From assembly GCA_009877105.1 (NCBI GenBank), contig WXFD01000006.1, positions 74,497-138,496 of the forward strand: 64,000 nt of DNA. The letters run 5' to 3'. Both the position numbers and the translations under genes were made by a program. This document shows, one piece after another, positions 47,658 to 57,889 of this stretch. Position 1 is the stretch's first letter, and every line of letters starts with the position of its first letter. This DNA comes from Bacteroidales bacterium. Lineage in GTDB: Bacteria; Bacteroidota; Bacteroidia; Bacteroidales; VadinHA17. Below the pieces are notes generated by a model, which saw only the letters and a list, made by a program, of their open reading frames with translations, had not been told where the DNA came from and made no database searches.

Positions 47658-49312
47658 TCATTTTCATCATCGGGTTCGTGTCTGTGTACCGCTACTTTTT
47701 TCCGCACTGAAGGTATGTCGGGTTTAATATTTCTGATCACCGGATCGAAAAAGTAGTAGTACGATGTGAGGGCAATGTTCATTTCAATATCGGCCCAGTG
47801 CCACATTTCAATCCGTGAATCGATTGATTTTCTGAATGGAATTGCATCCAGTGCCCTGTGTCTCATGTTTATTGTTACCCCTCTGGCCATATTCCCGATA
47901 CCGACCGGCTGAGAAAGGAAGGGATGTGAGAAGGCTTCCCGGCGTCCGAATGAATATCCGTAATAATCCTCTGAACCTGTGCCAAATATTGACGGGAAAG
48001 GTTCGTTGTCGACAAAAGTTTTCTCATCGCCTTCTCCCCACCAGTGATAGGTATCATTGAAAAGGGTAAGCTGGTCGCCTACGTATACGCCCTTCCCAGT
48101 GAGTTTTATGAATGTAAGGTCGAAAGGGGAGCCGGACGCGTCGCGTGTGCGCAGGCGGTGATACTCATGCCATGAGGCCCCGAAATACATGCTCCGGTCA
48201 TTCCACCTGTATGGGATCAGATCGGCCATAACCCTAACATCAACCGTATCCTTTCCGTAATTGACAAACGAGATGGAAATGTTTTTTCTGTAGGGCATTA
48301 TCCGGAAAGAGCTCATCATCCCGGAGGAATCCCTGCTGTTGAAGAGAGTACGGTGGGTCTGGGAAGTATATCCGGAACCGAAGAAATCGCCTGCCGGAAC
48401 CCATACTGAAGCAATTCCGTCGGTTCTTATGCTTAACACCACCGATCTCAGGGACTGGTCCGGACAGGATGAAATGATCCTTGCCCTAAGGCTGCCTACA
48501 GCCGAAGGGCCTGAATGATCTGATAACACGAGTGAGTCGCCAGGTAAAAGCCTCATCTCTCCTGAAACCTTTCTGCCGGATAAGGGGGCTTCTGATAGGA
48601 GGATTGTCCCTGCATCCCTGATTTTTTTTCTGCACCTTCCGAGCTCTTTCATGGTAAATGAGGTCACGCTGACCGTTTTATCATATAGCCGGTAGTTTAT
48701 GTTATAAAATACATCGGGCCAGTAATATCCCTCCGGCACGTTTGTTCCCTCATAATCATAGAGGATCCTGAGAGAATCACACTCATATGTTATTTTGCAA
48801 TGTTTTGAAAAAGGAACAGGGAGATACAGGTTATAATCATAATCGCGGCCTTCTTCTCCGAGCGGAGCGCCTTCCTGCACTGAGGCAGAAAATGGGTAAG
48901 GCGCAAGGAGTGACCCGCTCAGCAAATCATCCGGAGCTCCCGCAATTACAGGATCCTCTGAATTATCGAGATAAATGCGGATTATGCCCTCCTGCGCCTT
49001 GTAAAAAGTCATCCACCATCTTACAATCGCACCGGGGCCGTCAGTGTCGAGCATAACAAATTCCCTGCGGCCCTGGTTTTCCTCGATCCGTATGAAATGA
49101 GACATGTCATTGTTCTCAAACCATCCGGCGCTGTCGGGCGAAACTGATTTCCTGTTGTAACTGCTGGCCTGCAGGAGCCTGTATTCCGGGTAAGGAAAAT
49201 AAGACGCCGATTCGGCTGAAATCATCTCAGAAAGAAGTTTCCCAAGGGTTACTGTATTTTTTGTGCACCCTGAAAGAATAAGCAGCAGAAGTATTATTGC
49301 AATCCTTACCAT
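47654..49312 (-). CDS. DUF2961 / GH172 protein (second paralogue)
   Basis: WWGEGDEKTFVDNEPFPSIFGTGSEDYYGYSF, lipobox LSGC and a 4-nt overlap with the downstream paralogue. Confidence 0.8.
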   Translation of the reverse strand: MVRIAIILLLLILSGCTKNTVTLGKLLSEMISAESASYFPYPEYRLLQASSYNRKSVSPDSAGWFENNDMSHFIRIEENQGRREFVMLDTDGPGAIVRWWMTFYKAQEGIIRIYLDNSEDPVIAGAPDDLLSGSLLAPYPFSASVQEGAPLGEEGRDYDYNLYLPVPFSKHCKITYECDSLRILYDYEGTNVPEGYYWPDVFYNINYRLYDKTVSVTSFTMKELGRCRKKIRDAGTILLSEAPLSGRKVSGEMRLLPGDSLVLSDHSGPSAVGSLRARIISSCPDQSLRSVVLSIRTDGIASVWVPAGDFFGSGYTSQTHRTLFNSRDSSGMMSSFRIMPYRKNISISFVNYGKDTVDVRVMADLIPYRWNDRSMYFGASWHEYHRLRTRDASGSPFDLTFIKLTGKGVYVGDQLTLFNDTYHWWGEGDEKTFVDNEPFPSIFGTGSEDYYGYSFGRREAFSHPFLSQPVGIGNMARGVTINMRHRALDAIPFRKSIDSRIEMWHWADIEMNIALTSYYYFFDPVIRNIKPDIPSVRKKVAVHRHEPDDENE

Positions 49313-51090
49313 CCCGGATTCTGAACAAGGTTTTTATTAAGAGTCAGTTCATCGCTTGGTATCGGGGAAAGATAATCCCTTTCGGGATTAAATCCTAAAC
49401 CATTCGGGAATTTAACCTGGTATGGGTCAATCCGGCCGTCAGAATCCACAAAAAGGTTCTGTCCGATGACTATTGTAGGTTTGCCCAGATAATCCTTATA
49501 TTTTCCTTCCAGGTTTGATCCTATGTACTTAATTCCCTTTGGGCGTTTGCCTGCAAACACTCTGTGAGCCCTCCACCGGGCCAGGTCATCCCACCTCTGG
49601 GCTTCAAATGCCAGTTCTATCCTTCTTTCCCTTCTTACCTCATTTATTATGGGAGAGAGTTCCGGGAAATCCCAGTCAGGATCAACTGTGATATTACTGA
49701 TGTCGAGGTGTATCATTCCGACACGGTCACGGATCTTGTTAATGGTTTTATCTATATCGTCCTGTGTTATTGTTCCCAGTTCGGCCCTGGCCTCAGCATA
49801 TATAAGTAAGGCTTCTGTATAACGGAAAAAAATACTTGCCATGGTTCCTCCCGAGCTCAGCTGCTGGGAATAATCGAGGTTTGCCCCTTTGTTCATGCAA
49901 TAGCCGGTGGTGGCCCGGAACTGCTGACTCTGATCGAGAGCGGGCATCCACCATTTCTTGTCGAGCGATCCTCCGGGGGAGTTAATTGTAACATCATCGC
50001 CTGGCAAAAGCATTGACTGGGCAAGACGCGGATCCCTGTCAGCCGATTCCGCCTGAATTGAATCATATCCCCTGAACAGGGGGCTGACTGCAATTGGTAA
50101 GCCGTCAGTGCACAGGTAGTCGTCCATAAGACTCCGGGACACTCCGAGGTTTCCTGCCCCGAATGGCAGATACTGATTGCACCAGTGATATACGCCCAGG
50201 CCAATGTCATATTTTTTCCAGAGAAGTACTTCCGGGATCCCTGAATAATCAAGCTTATTAAAAAGAGAAAAATACTCCTGCCTCGCCGGCCCCCTGTAGA
50301 GATTTGAGGTGCCTGCCTGCATCAAAAGGTCAGCTGCATCTGCCGCCATCTGGAGGAATTTCGTTCCGTCCTTTCCCTGCACACCGAAAGGAGTGCCTTT
50401 GTGATACTTTTCCCAGCAACCCTCGTAAAGGCAGACTCTTGCCTTGAACAGGATCGCAACTTCCCTGTTAAGCCGGAATTCTTCCGAATGGCTCCTTGGT
50501 TTCAGGTTTGCAATGGCGTAATCAATACAGGCAATGATCGAATCTGTAACTATTTCCCTGCTCAGTCGTCCCGAAAACAATTCCGGTGAATCGGGGTTGA
50601 GAGCCACGGAAAACCACGGAACATCTCCGAAGGTTTTGAGCTTATCGAAATAGATCATTGCCTTAAACAACCTGACTTCAGCAATATATATCTTCTTAAG
50701 ATCTTCCTCCCCGGGATACTGGAAACAGTGATCGAGGAAATAATTTACCTGCCTGATTTCTTCCCAGTTCCAGCCGCCTCCCGAGGAAGGGACTGTTCTT
50801 GTTCCTGCGAGGCGCATATCTTCCGTTCCCGGAACGAGATTATCGCTGTTGGTGTCGAGCCAGAATGTTCCTCCGCCATATCCTGAATGAGACGGTAAAA
50901 GAGGATAAAACCTGTTGGCATAGAGCTTGAGGTCATTAGCCGTTCTGAAATAATCGCCAGGTGAAATCTCATCGAGAGGTGTCCGGTTGAGATAGTCTTC
51001 CGAACAGGAAACCAGAAGACCTGCCAGTATAAGTAATGTAAAGATTTTTTGGTGCATCTCTTTCATTGTTGAATGATGGTTGGAATTCAT
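49306..51090 (-). CDS. susD: SusD/RagB-family nutrient-binding outer-membrane lipoprotein
   Basis: Lipobox LVSCSEDYLNRTP, TPR-like SusD architecture and a position directly downstream of SusC. Confidence 0.9.
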   Translation of the reverse strand: MNSNHHSTMKEMHQKIFTLLILAGLLVSCSEDYLNRTPLDEISPGDYFRTANDLKLYANRFYPLLPSHSGYGGGTFWLDTNSDNLVPGTEDMRLAGTRTVPSSGGGWNWEEIRQVNYFLDHCFQYPGEEDLKKIYIAEVRLFKAMIYFDKLKTFGDVPWFSVALNPDSPELFSGRLSREIVTDSIIACIDYAIANLKPRSHSEEFRLNREVAILFKARVCLYEGCWEKYHKGTPFGVQGKDGTKFLQMAADAADLLMQAGTSNLYRGPARQEYFSLFNKLDYSGIPEVLLWKKYDIGLGVYHWCNQYLPFGAGNLGVSRSLMDDYLCTDGLPIAVSPLFRGYDSIQAESADRDPRLAQSMLLPGDDVTINSPGGSLDKKWWMPALDQSQQFRATTGYCMNKGANLDYSQQLSSGGTMASIFFRYTEALLIYAEARAELGTITQDDIDKTINKIRDRVGMIHLDISNITVDPDWDFPELSPIINEVRRERRIELAFEAQRWDDLARWRAHRVFAGKRPKGIKYIGSNLEGKYKDYLGKPTIVIGQNLFVDSDGRIDPYQVKFPNGLGFNPERDYLSPIPSDELTLNKNLVQNPGW

Positions 51091-51109
51091 CTTTAATGTC
51101 GGTATGATA

Positions 51110-54100
51110 TCAGAATGTTATGCTTAAACCACCCGAGATTATCTTCTGCAGGGGATAAATATATCCATGTGCTCTTTCGCCATCGGTTGCCTCGGGATCA
51201 AATGCCTCAAACAGTTTTGTAAAAGTGAGCAGGTTTTCACCCGAGGTGTATATTCTTAAATTGGTTATGTAGAATTTCTTCGTAAGCTTATACGGGATTG
51301 TGTATCCCAGCTGAAGGGATTTCAATCTCAGAAAGGCCCCCGTCTGGAGGTACCTGCTCTGAACCTGCTTGTTTTTAAACCCGTGGTCCATATAGGGTCT
51401 GGGCCAGAAGGCATCAGTGTTTTCGGGGGTCCAGTAATCCATGTGTCCTTCATAAGCCGTGAGCCAGTAAATACCTCCGGCGCCCCAGAATATCGGGCTG
51501 TCAAGCCACAGATCGCGCTTGCCTATCCCCTGCCATATAATGTTAAGGTCAAGGCCTTTCCACCCGGCGTTAAGGGTAAGGCTGTACGCAAATCTAGGAG
51601 TTGAATTGCCTATTATTGATTTGTCGCCCGGATCTGCAACCGTGTTTCTTCCTATATCGATTTTCCCGTCGTTGTTGATATCCTTATAATGAACGTCGCC
51701 TGCTCTCAATATATCCGCAGAGAAATATGACTGGTCGACCGACTGAGCCTGTTCATCAGACTCAAAGAGGCCGACAGTGGTAAATCCCCAGATCTCGCCC
51801 AGTTTCATTCCTTCATAATAATTGGCACTGAGGAGTTTTTCGGGATTGTAATAGCTTGTGACAGTTGAGACGGCATCTGAAAGGACGATTTTTGCACCAT
51901 ATGAAAAATCACGATAATGATCCCGCCAGTCGAGGGAAAGTTCAAATCCCCTTGTCCTGAGGGTTGCATTGTTTGACCTTGGAACAGCCGTACCCAGAAC
52001 AGCCGGTAATGATTCAGCCGGCCCCAGCATATCGTAGGTATTACGGATAAAATAATCAAAGCTCAGATTGAGCCTGTTCATGAGAAAACCTGCATCAATA
52101 CCTGCGTTCTTTGTATTTACTTTCTCCCATGTAAGCCCGGGGCTTATTGAAGCAGCCATCCCTACGTAATTGGGTCTCTCATTACCCATAATATACGGCA
52201 GGTTGGTTGAAACAGGCAGTCTTTCAACATAAAGATAATTGTCGACATTCTGATTCCCCAGGGAACCGAATGAAGCCCTTATCTTAAGCTGGTTTACCAC
52301 TTCGGAAAAAGGTTTCCAGAAATTTTCCCTCGAGATCAGGTAAGCCAGGGATCCTGATGGGAAAATTCCCCACCGGTAACCTTTTGGAAATTTTGAAGAC
52401 CCGTCATACCTTATTGATAACTCCAGCAGATACTTATCATTGAAACTGTAATTTAATCGTCCAAAATAGCTTCTGGTTGCTGAATGACCCTTTGTTCCCG
52501 CCACTTCCTGCCTTCCCGTGGCAGTACCAAGGGAAGGCACCTCATCACTTATGAGATCATATCTTTTTGCATACGACGACTCATAAGTGAAAAGCTCCTG
52601 TTCAAACCCTGCCATCAAAACATAGCTATGCTCTCCAAAAGCTCCTGAATAGGTACTGTAAAGATTTGGAGATATATAGTACCCGCTGAAGTTGTTAGTT
52701 GAATAATTATTCTCCGGACGCAGGTAAGTCATAGTCATATCTGTGAGCCATGCCTTCACTTTTGCTTCGTGATTTGACATCCTCCAGTCGTTCATTCTCC
52801 ATCGAAGGTTTGAATAAACAATCCAGCCCTTAAGTGGCTCAATTTCGAGCCCTGGTATTATACTCAGCTCATTGTTCTTTTCCTTGTACATTCCACCCTG
52901 TTCAAGCCATACCTGAACCGCCTCGTAATTAGGGGTCCCGTTAGGGAAATACGGGGCATTGGTTGGCCATTGTCTTGCTAGACGGTCGTACAGGAGATTC
53001 CGGTCATAACTGGGTCGTTCAATATTAACGCTGCTGAACTTGCTTGCAAGATTGAATCGCAGCCAGTCGAGGATCCTGGTATTGATTTTCGTGTTCAGGG
53101 TATACCTGCCGTAATCGTCTTTTCCGAAATTAAGCAGGCCCGACTGGTCAAAAACCGAACCCGAAACATAATACTGGGTTCTCTTATCCCCGCCGCTGAT
53201 GCTGAGATTATGAAGAGTATTGGGAACCCATTTTTTATAATTGATGTCGTACCAGTCGGTATTTGCCCAGGCGCCCTGGTTCAGGAGCCAGTATTGCGGT
53301 GCAAGCGGAAAGGGTACTGTCCAGTAATCTATCTCACCTGCAAGATACTGATCAATGAAGTTGAGAATTATGTTCTGAAAAAGTGGAGGGTTCCCGTCAT
53401 TCGCGGAAGCCACGTTCAGATAGGTCGCAAATCTCTTTGAATCGACTGAATGGGGTACTATTGTCGGTGCTGCAAAGGAAAAATTGTTTGAATAACTGAT
53501 TGAGACCCCGTCATTTCTGCCTTTCTTTGTCGTGACAAGGACAACTCCGAAAGCTGCCCTGGCACCGTAAATAGCAGATGAAGCAGCATCCTTAAGAACC
53601 GAGATGCTCTCAATATCATCCGGATTAAGATTGTTTATATCCTGCTCCAGCCCGTCGACAAGTATATAGGGGGAACCTCCGTTTATTGAACCTATCCCCC
53701 TGATGTTAAGATTCATACGGGCACCCATCTCACCCCCCGAATTCCCTACGCTAATGTTGAGGCTTGGAGAGATGCCCTGGAGCGACTGCGACAGGTTGGC
53801 CACTGCCCTTTTCTCAAGGGCTTTTGAACTAACCACATCAACCGCACCCGATACATTGACCTTTTTCTGTGTCCCGTATCCCACTACCACAACATCATCA
53901 AGGGTCCGGGTATCAGGGCTCATTTCGACTTCAATCACATTTCTGCCTTTTGCGGATACTTTTTGGGTTGTGTATCCAAGAAATGAAAAAACCAGTACCG
54001 AGTTTTCGCCAGGTACCGCAATTGAGAATCTGCCTTCCGCATCGGTATTTGTACCGGAAGTGGTTCCTTCAACCAGAATCGCAGCGCCGGGGAGAGCCTG

Positions 54101-54268
54101 ACCGTTCTCATCCCTTACCGTGCCGCTGATCTTTTTCTGCTGATCTCCTCCTTTCTGTCCTGCCACTATACTGAAAGGACCGGCCAGCATGATCATTATC
54201 AGTGCCAGGCTGCAGGGAACAGGCAGAAAACGGCTGTATGAACGGCTATTGTTAAGATTGATTTTCAT
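51110..54268 (-). CDS. susC: SusC/RagA-family TonB-linked outer-membrane transporter
   Basis: A CarbopepD_reg-like N-domain, the VVVGYGTQKKVNVSGAV block, a plug and a 22-strand-size barrel (1052 aa). No STN domain. Confidence 0.93.
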   Translation of the reverse strand: MKINLNNSRSYSRFLPVPCSLALIMIMLAGPFSIVAGQKGGDQQKKISGTVRDENGQALPGAAILVEGTTSGTNTDAEGRFSIAVPGENSVLVFSFLGYTTQKVSAKGRNVIEVEMSPDTRTLDDVVVVGYGTQKKVNVSGAVDVVSSKALEKRAVANLSQSLQGISPSLNISVGNSGGEMGARMNLNIRGIGSINGGSPYILVDGLEQDINNLNPDDIESISVLKDAASSAIYGARAAFGVVLVTTKKGRNDGVSISYSNNFSFAAPTIVPHSVDSKRFATYLNVASANDGNPPLFQNIILNFIDQYLAGEIDYWTVPFPLAPQYWLLNQGAWANTDWYDINYKKWVPNTLHNLSISGGDKRTQYYVSGSVFDQSGLLNFGKDDYGRYTLNTKINTRILDWLRFNLASKFSSVNIERPSYDRNLLYDRLARQWPTNAPYFPNGTPNYEAVQVWLEQGGMYKEKNNELSIIPGLEIEPLKGWIVYSNLRWRMNDWRMSNHEAKVKAWLTDMTMTYLRPENNYSTNNFSGYYISPNLYSTYSGAFGEHSYVLMAGFEQELFTYESSYAKRYDLISDEVPSLGTATGRQEVAGTKGHSATRSYFGRLNYSFNDKYLLELSIRYDGSSKFPKGYRWGIFPSGSLAYLISRENFWKPFSEVVNQLKIRASFGSLGNQNVDNYLYVERLPVSTNLPYIMGNERPNYVGMAASISPGLTWEKVNTKNAGIDAGFLMNRLNLSFDYFIRNTYDMLGPAESLPAVLGTAVPRSNNATLRTRGFELSLDWRDHYRDFSYGAKIVLSDAVSTVTSYYNPEKLLSANYYEGMKLGEIWGFTTVGLFESDEQAQSVDQSYFSADILRAGDVHYKDINNDGKIDIGRNTVADPGDKSIIGNSTPRFAYSLTLNAGWKGLDLNIIWQGIGKRDLWLDSPIFWGAGGIYWLTAYEGHMDYWTPENTDAFWPRPYMDHGFKNKQVQSRYLQTGAFLRLKSLQLGYTIPYKLTKKFYITNLRIYTSGENLLTFTKLFEAFDPEATDGERAHGYIYPLQKIISGGLSITF

Positions 54269-54314
54269 GTGAAAATAAAATTATATGCTACTGAAGATTA
54301 AGTGGTTCACATGG

Positions 54315-54368
54315 AACCCGCATGAATTTTATTTTCATGCTTGTTTGTGATTTTGTATCATGCGGGTT
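54315..54368 (-). other. Intercistronic RNA hairpin between the acylase gene and susC
   Basis: AACCCGCATGA at 54315-54325 is the reverse complement of 54358-54368 (11 bp, 32-nt loop). No clean U-tract follows on the transcribed strand. Confidence 0.5.
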
Positions 54369-54374
54369 TCATAA

Positions 54375-56456
54375 TCAGAACTTTTTGCTCTTTTTAAGGG
54401 TTTCAGTCAGTTCAGTATTTCCGCGGAGATCTTCTTTCCTTAGCAGTGCAGGCCGCATCTTCTTTTCCGACAGGTATTGAATCTGATCGCCATAATGCCT
54501 GCTGCCGGGCTGCGAAGAGTTACCATAAGCCAATAACACCATGGCATGAGGTTCCTCTCCGAATTCGACCACTGCATGGAAAGTATCACCATGAACTGCC
54601 CTGAATTTATTATCCGAATCCCTTTCAAAACTCATTGTCCTGAAGATACCCAGCAGGTCGCCGGGCCCGCCGTTTGCAGGATAATCAATGGTACCGCGCC
54701 TGAAACGATATACTTCGCCCCAGGGAACACTCAGGGAACCATATGAATTTTGCACATCGGATGCGGCTTTCCCGAGGAGTTCCGCAGCCTTTCCCGGATC
54801 CTTCAGTCCCGACGGGGTTGCAACAGGATCGCCAGGATCCCACTGCCTGACGAACATGCCCGGTTCAATAAGTCTCCACCAGGCATTGAACAACACAGCA
54901 CCGCGACTGTCGGTGTCAGTTTTTCCGTCCCAGTCTCCCAGAATCCTGCCAGCTTCCCGGACCAGGGGGTCTTCCGAGGCCGATGAAGCATCAACCAGCT
55001 CCTTCTTAAACCTGTCGGCAGCCTCCATCCCGGTATTCAACTTAAGATCAACCAGTTGTTCAAAGGAAAATTTCTCCCGGCTCCTTATAAGGTTTATTGA
55101 ACGCTGAGGCCTGAGCGTCATCCATGAGGATGAAAAATAGGCAGGATAATCTGACTGTTTCAGCACAGGGGGATATGTGCAGAACCAGGGCGGCTCGTTG
55201 CAGTTCTGAACAAATCCGGTTTCCGGATTCAGCAGCTTTGGAAGTTCTTCATAACTATGGTATTTGTCCCATAAAAACCCCGACGTTGTACCGTCAATGG
55301 TCCCGTTCCAGAAATGGAAATCGCCTTCCTTCCTCACCGGGATATTACCATTGAAAAGATAAAAGATATTCCCGTCCCTGTCAGCATAAACAATGTTGAA
55401 CATGGGGTTCTGCATCATGCGTATGGCCGACTCGAACTCACCGAAGTTCCCTGCGGCGGCCATTTTGTGATACTGTTCAAATATCCTGAATTCCTCCAGT
55501 CCGGCAATCCTGACGGCCAATGCCTTGTTTCCGCTGATCCCGGTAACCGGTCCGTGCACTGAATGCTTAACTTCAAAAGCGACTTCGGAAAATAATCCGT
55601 CTGGTTGCTTTACGCGGATGGTGTAATTTTTTTGTGTGAATTGTTTCACAGCTCCGTCAAATATATATCCTCCGTCCTTCAGTGTAAGTTCATAGCGGTC
55701 GGACGCATCGATGGGATTGACCGTATGGGCCCATCCCAGGTTGTTGTTGAAAGCCAGAGTCAAAACCGGCATTCCTGCAAGGGCAATACCATAGCAGCTG
55801 AAACCAGGGTAATTCAGCTGTGCTTCAAACCAGGTATAAAAGCCGTGCCATGGAAGATGGGGATTTATCACAAGCATTGCATTACCCGTTGTGGTTTTTG
55901 AAGGGGCAAGTGCAATTGCATTCGATCCCGGGCTCATCGTGCGCAAGGCTTTAATTACGTCTTCCCCGCCAAGAAATTCAAGCCAGATAACCCTGTAAGT
56001 ATGAGCCAGGATATCTGCCGGGGCAACAGGATAAACCTGCAAAAGCTCCTTATCTACCGAGTCGCGGTTGAGATCAATGAAATCATTCATTCCTTTTACA
56101 AATGCATCCAGATATTTCCGGGACTCCGGATCCATTTTTTCTATTCCGGCTTCGGCGAGCTCAGGGATCCTGAAAGTCAGCATCAATTTGTCGCTTTCCA
56201 GGTACCTGCTCCCCAAATACTCGGAAGCGCGACCCCTCGAGCGGGCGTAAAGCTCAAGTATAAGATCGTGGTGTGATCTCATCTGCGCCCATCCGAATGA
56301 ATAATACATCCCGGCAGCATCGCCGGCATATATATGCGGCACTCCCCATTTGTCCCAGATAATTTCAGGGCTGCGGCTGCAACCGGAAAGAAGAAGGAAG
56401 AAAATGGCGGGAATCAGCATTTTCCGCACTGCTACGCGGACTATGGAGTTTTTCAT
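54375..56456 (-). CDS. Penicillin-acylase-family (S45) Ntn hydrolase, secreted
   Basis: DKWGVPHIYA start motif, the autoprocessing/nucleophile site GSNAIALAP and a size of about 690 aa. Confidence 0.8.
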   Translation of the reverse strand: MKNSIVRVAVRKMLIPAIFFLLLSGCSRSPEIIWDKWGVPHIYAGDAAGMYYSFGWAQMRSHHDLILELYARSRGRASEYLGSRYLESDKLMLTFRIPELAEAGIEKMDPESRKYLDAFVKGMNDFIDLNRDSVDKELLQVYPVAPADILAHTYRVIWLEFLGGEDVIKALRTMSPGSNAIALAPSKTTTGNAMLVINPHLPWHGFYTWFEAQLNYPGFSCYGIALAGMPVLTLAFNNNLGWAHTVNPIDASDRYELTLKDGGYIFDGAVKQFTQKNYTIRVKQPDGLFSEVAFEVKHSVHGPVTGISGNKALAVRIAGLEEFRIFEQYHKMAAAGNFGEFESAIRMMQNPMFNIVYADRDGNIFYLFNGNIPVRKEGDFHFWNGTIDGTTSGFLWDKYHSYEELPKLLNPETGFVQNCNEPPWFCTYPPVLKQSDYPAYFSSSWMTLRPQRSINLIRSREKFSFEQLVDLKLNTGMEAADRFKKELVDASSASEDPLVREAGRILGDWDGKTDTDSRGAVLFNAWWRLIEPGMFVRQWDPGDPVATPSGLKDPGKAAELLGKAASDVQNSYGSLSVPWGEVYRFRRGTIDYPANGGPGDLLGIFRTMSFERDSDNKFRAVHGDTFHAVVEFGEEPHAMVLLAYGNSSQPGSRHYGDQIQYLSEKKMRPALLRKEDLRGNTELTETLKKSKKF

Positions 56457-56460
56457 TGAT

Positions 56461-57732
56461 TTATTTTTTTAGTGAGGCGGTGATCTGCTCAAGTTTGAGG
56501 CTGAAAATCTTTTCTGTTATCCTGTTCAGCTCATTTTCGCTGCCGGTAAAATGGAAGATGCGCTGCACATGCGTCATTTTTTCCCCGGGTTTAAGAAATG
56601 CTGCTGGAGAAGAGCTCTCAATTTCATAAAAGGGACCCATTATGGAGCCATCTTCCACAGGCCCGTCATTATAGGAATTAACCGCATCGCCCTTGAGCGG
56701 ATTGTCCTGATTTCCCCATTTTGAGTTGACATATGGACCGGGAGTCCCGGGAAGGGAAAACCATAAAATTGTAAGAGTTTTGCCGTCGGGATCGTAGCTG
56801 CCGGCAAAAGGCAGTGCCCTTTCGGGCGAGATGCCGATTTTGCTTCTGAATTTGCCATCGATGCTGAAAAAGATCTTGTCATCCCTTACCACGAGCCTGT
56901 CGGGAGGAACAGTACCGAAATAATCGTCGCTGACAATTTTGCCCATGGCGGCCGTGCTGCCCGGTTTAAACGGAATAAAGACAATGCCAGATGATGAGGG
57001 CGTGAACATCGACAACATCCATATTGAAAGGAAGCCGGACTTTTCGGTCCAGGCTTCGGTGCCATTGTTCGTGATCCTATTAACCGACTCATATCCCACA
57101 TATTTGACGGAACCGTCGAGACTGACATTGAGTGCCGACATAATTTCCGTCCCTGACAAAAGTTTGACAGTCCTTTCAACGCCGACGTCCAGGGAGGTTC
57201 CCGTACTGTTTGTAACAGTGAAGTTCTGGGAAAATTCGGTTTTGTCCTTACCGGCTGAGACAATTTCAAATGGCTGCGTATCGATTACATCCGGCACTTT
57301 CCAGTTTGAATATACCTGCTCATCACCTTTCCGGAAATAGATTGAGAACGGACCGCCTTCCGGGCCCAGCCAGAACCTTTCCTCACCGCCAAAGGGGTTG
57401 AACTGGGTGTTCTGTTCACCGCTTTCAATCAATTTATAGTTTATCCAGCCAAAACTTAAGCCCGAATCTCCATCTGCTGAAGAGGTCATCACCCTTCCCT
57501 GCAGTCCGGGAGCAAGGAGAACCCTGCTTCCGCTGATGGGATCAGTCAATTCAATTGTGGATATGTTATTCTTCTCCAGGAAGATTTTGTCATATCCATA
57601 GGTTCCTTTTGTGTATTCGCGTGTCATATCGGTTTTTTTATTACTACCTGCTGTTCCGCAACCTGCCGCTGTGATCATTCCCACGATCATGATCAGGATG
57701 AGGCTTTTTCCGCTGAATTCAGTTTTTTTCAT
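56461..57732 (-). CDS. Hypothetical lipoprotein, first gene of the PUL transcription unit
   Basis: Lipobox AAGC. The blocks GGEERFWLGPEGG and FYEIESSSPA are conserved-looking. I am not sure of the family. Confidence 0.5.
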   Translation of the reverse strand: MKKTEFSGKSLILIMIVGMITAAGCGTAGSNKKTDMTREYTKGTYGYDKIFLEKNNISTIELTDPISGSRVLLAPGLQGRVMTSSADGDSGLSFGWINYKLIESGEQNTQFNPFGGEERFWLGPEGGPFSIYFRKGDEQVYSNWKVPDVIDTQPFEIVSAGKDKTEFSQNFTVTNSTGTSLDVGVERTVKLLSGTEIMSALNVSLDGSVKYVGYESVNRITNNGTEAWTEKSGFLSIWMLSMFTPSSSGIVFIPFKPGSTAAMGKIVSDDYFGTVPPDRLVVRDDKIFFSIDGKFRSKIGISPERALPFAGSYDPDGKTLTILWFSLPGTPGPYVNSKWGNQDNPLKGDAVNSYNDGPVEDGSIMGPFYEIESSSPAAFLKPGEKMTHVQRIFHFTGSENELNRITEKIFSLKLEQITASLKK

Positions 57733-57859
57733 AGAAGTTGTTTTAATCCGTTTAAGTGAGCCCGGGATTCCGCCTGCATGAAAACACGGGTTCGTTGATC
57801 AATGAAATTATAATCAATTTATATTGCAGTCATCGCGTGATTTATAATGTCAGTATGTT

Positions 57860-57875
57860 GACTAAACGTTTAAGC
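57860..57875. promoter_or_regulatory. Candidate LacI-family operator, site 3 (GACTAAACGTTTAAGC)
   Basis: Same motif as the other sites, 128-143 nt upstream of the first PUL gene (start 57732). A weaker half-site, CCGTTTAAG, lies at 57748-57756. Confidence 0.55.
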
Positions 57876-57889
57876 ATAATTTCCAGGGA

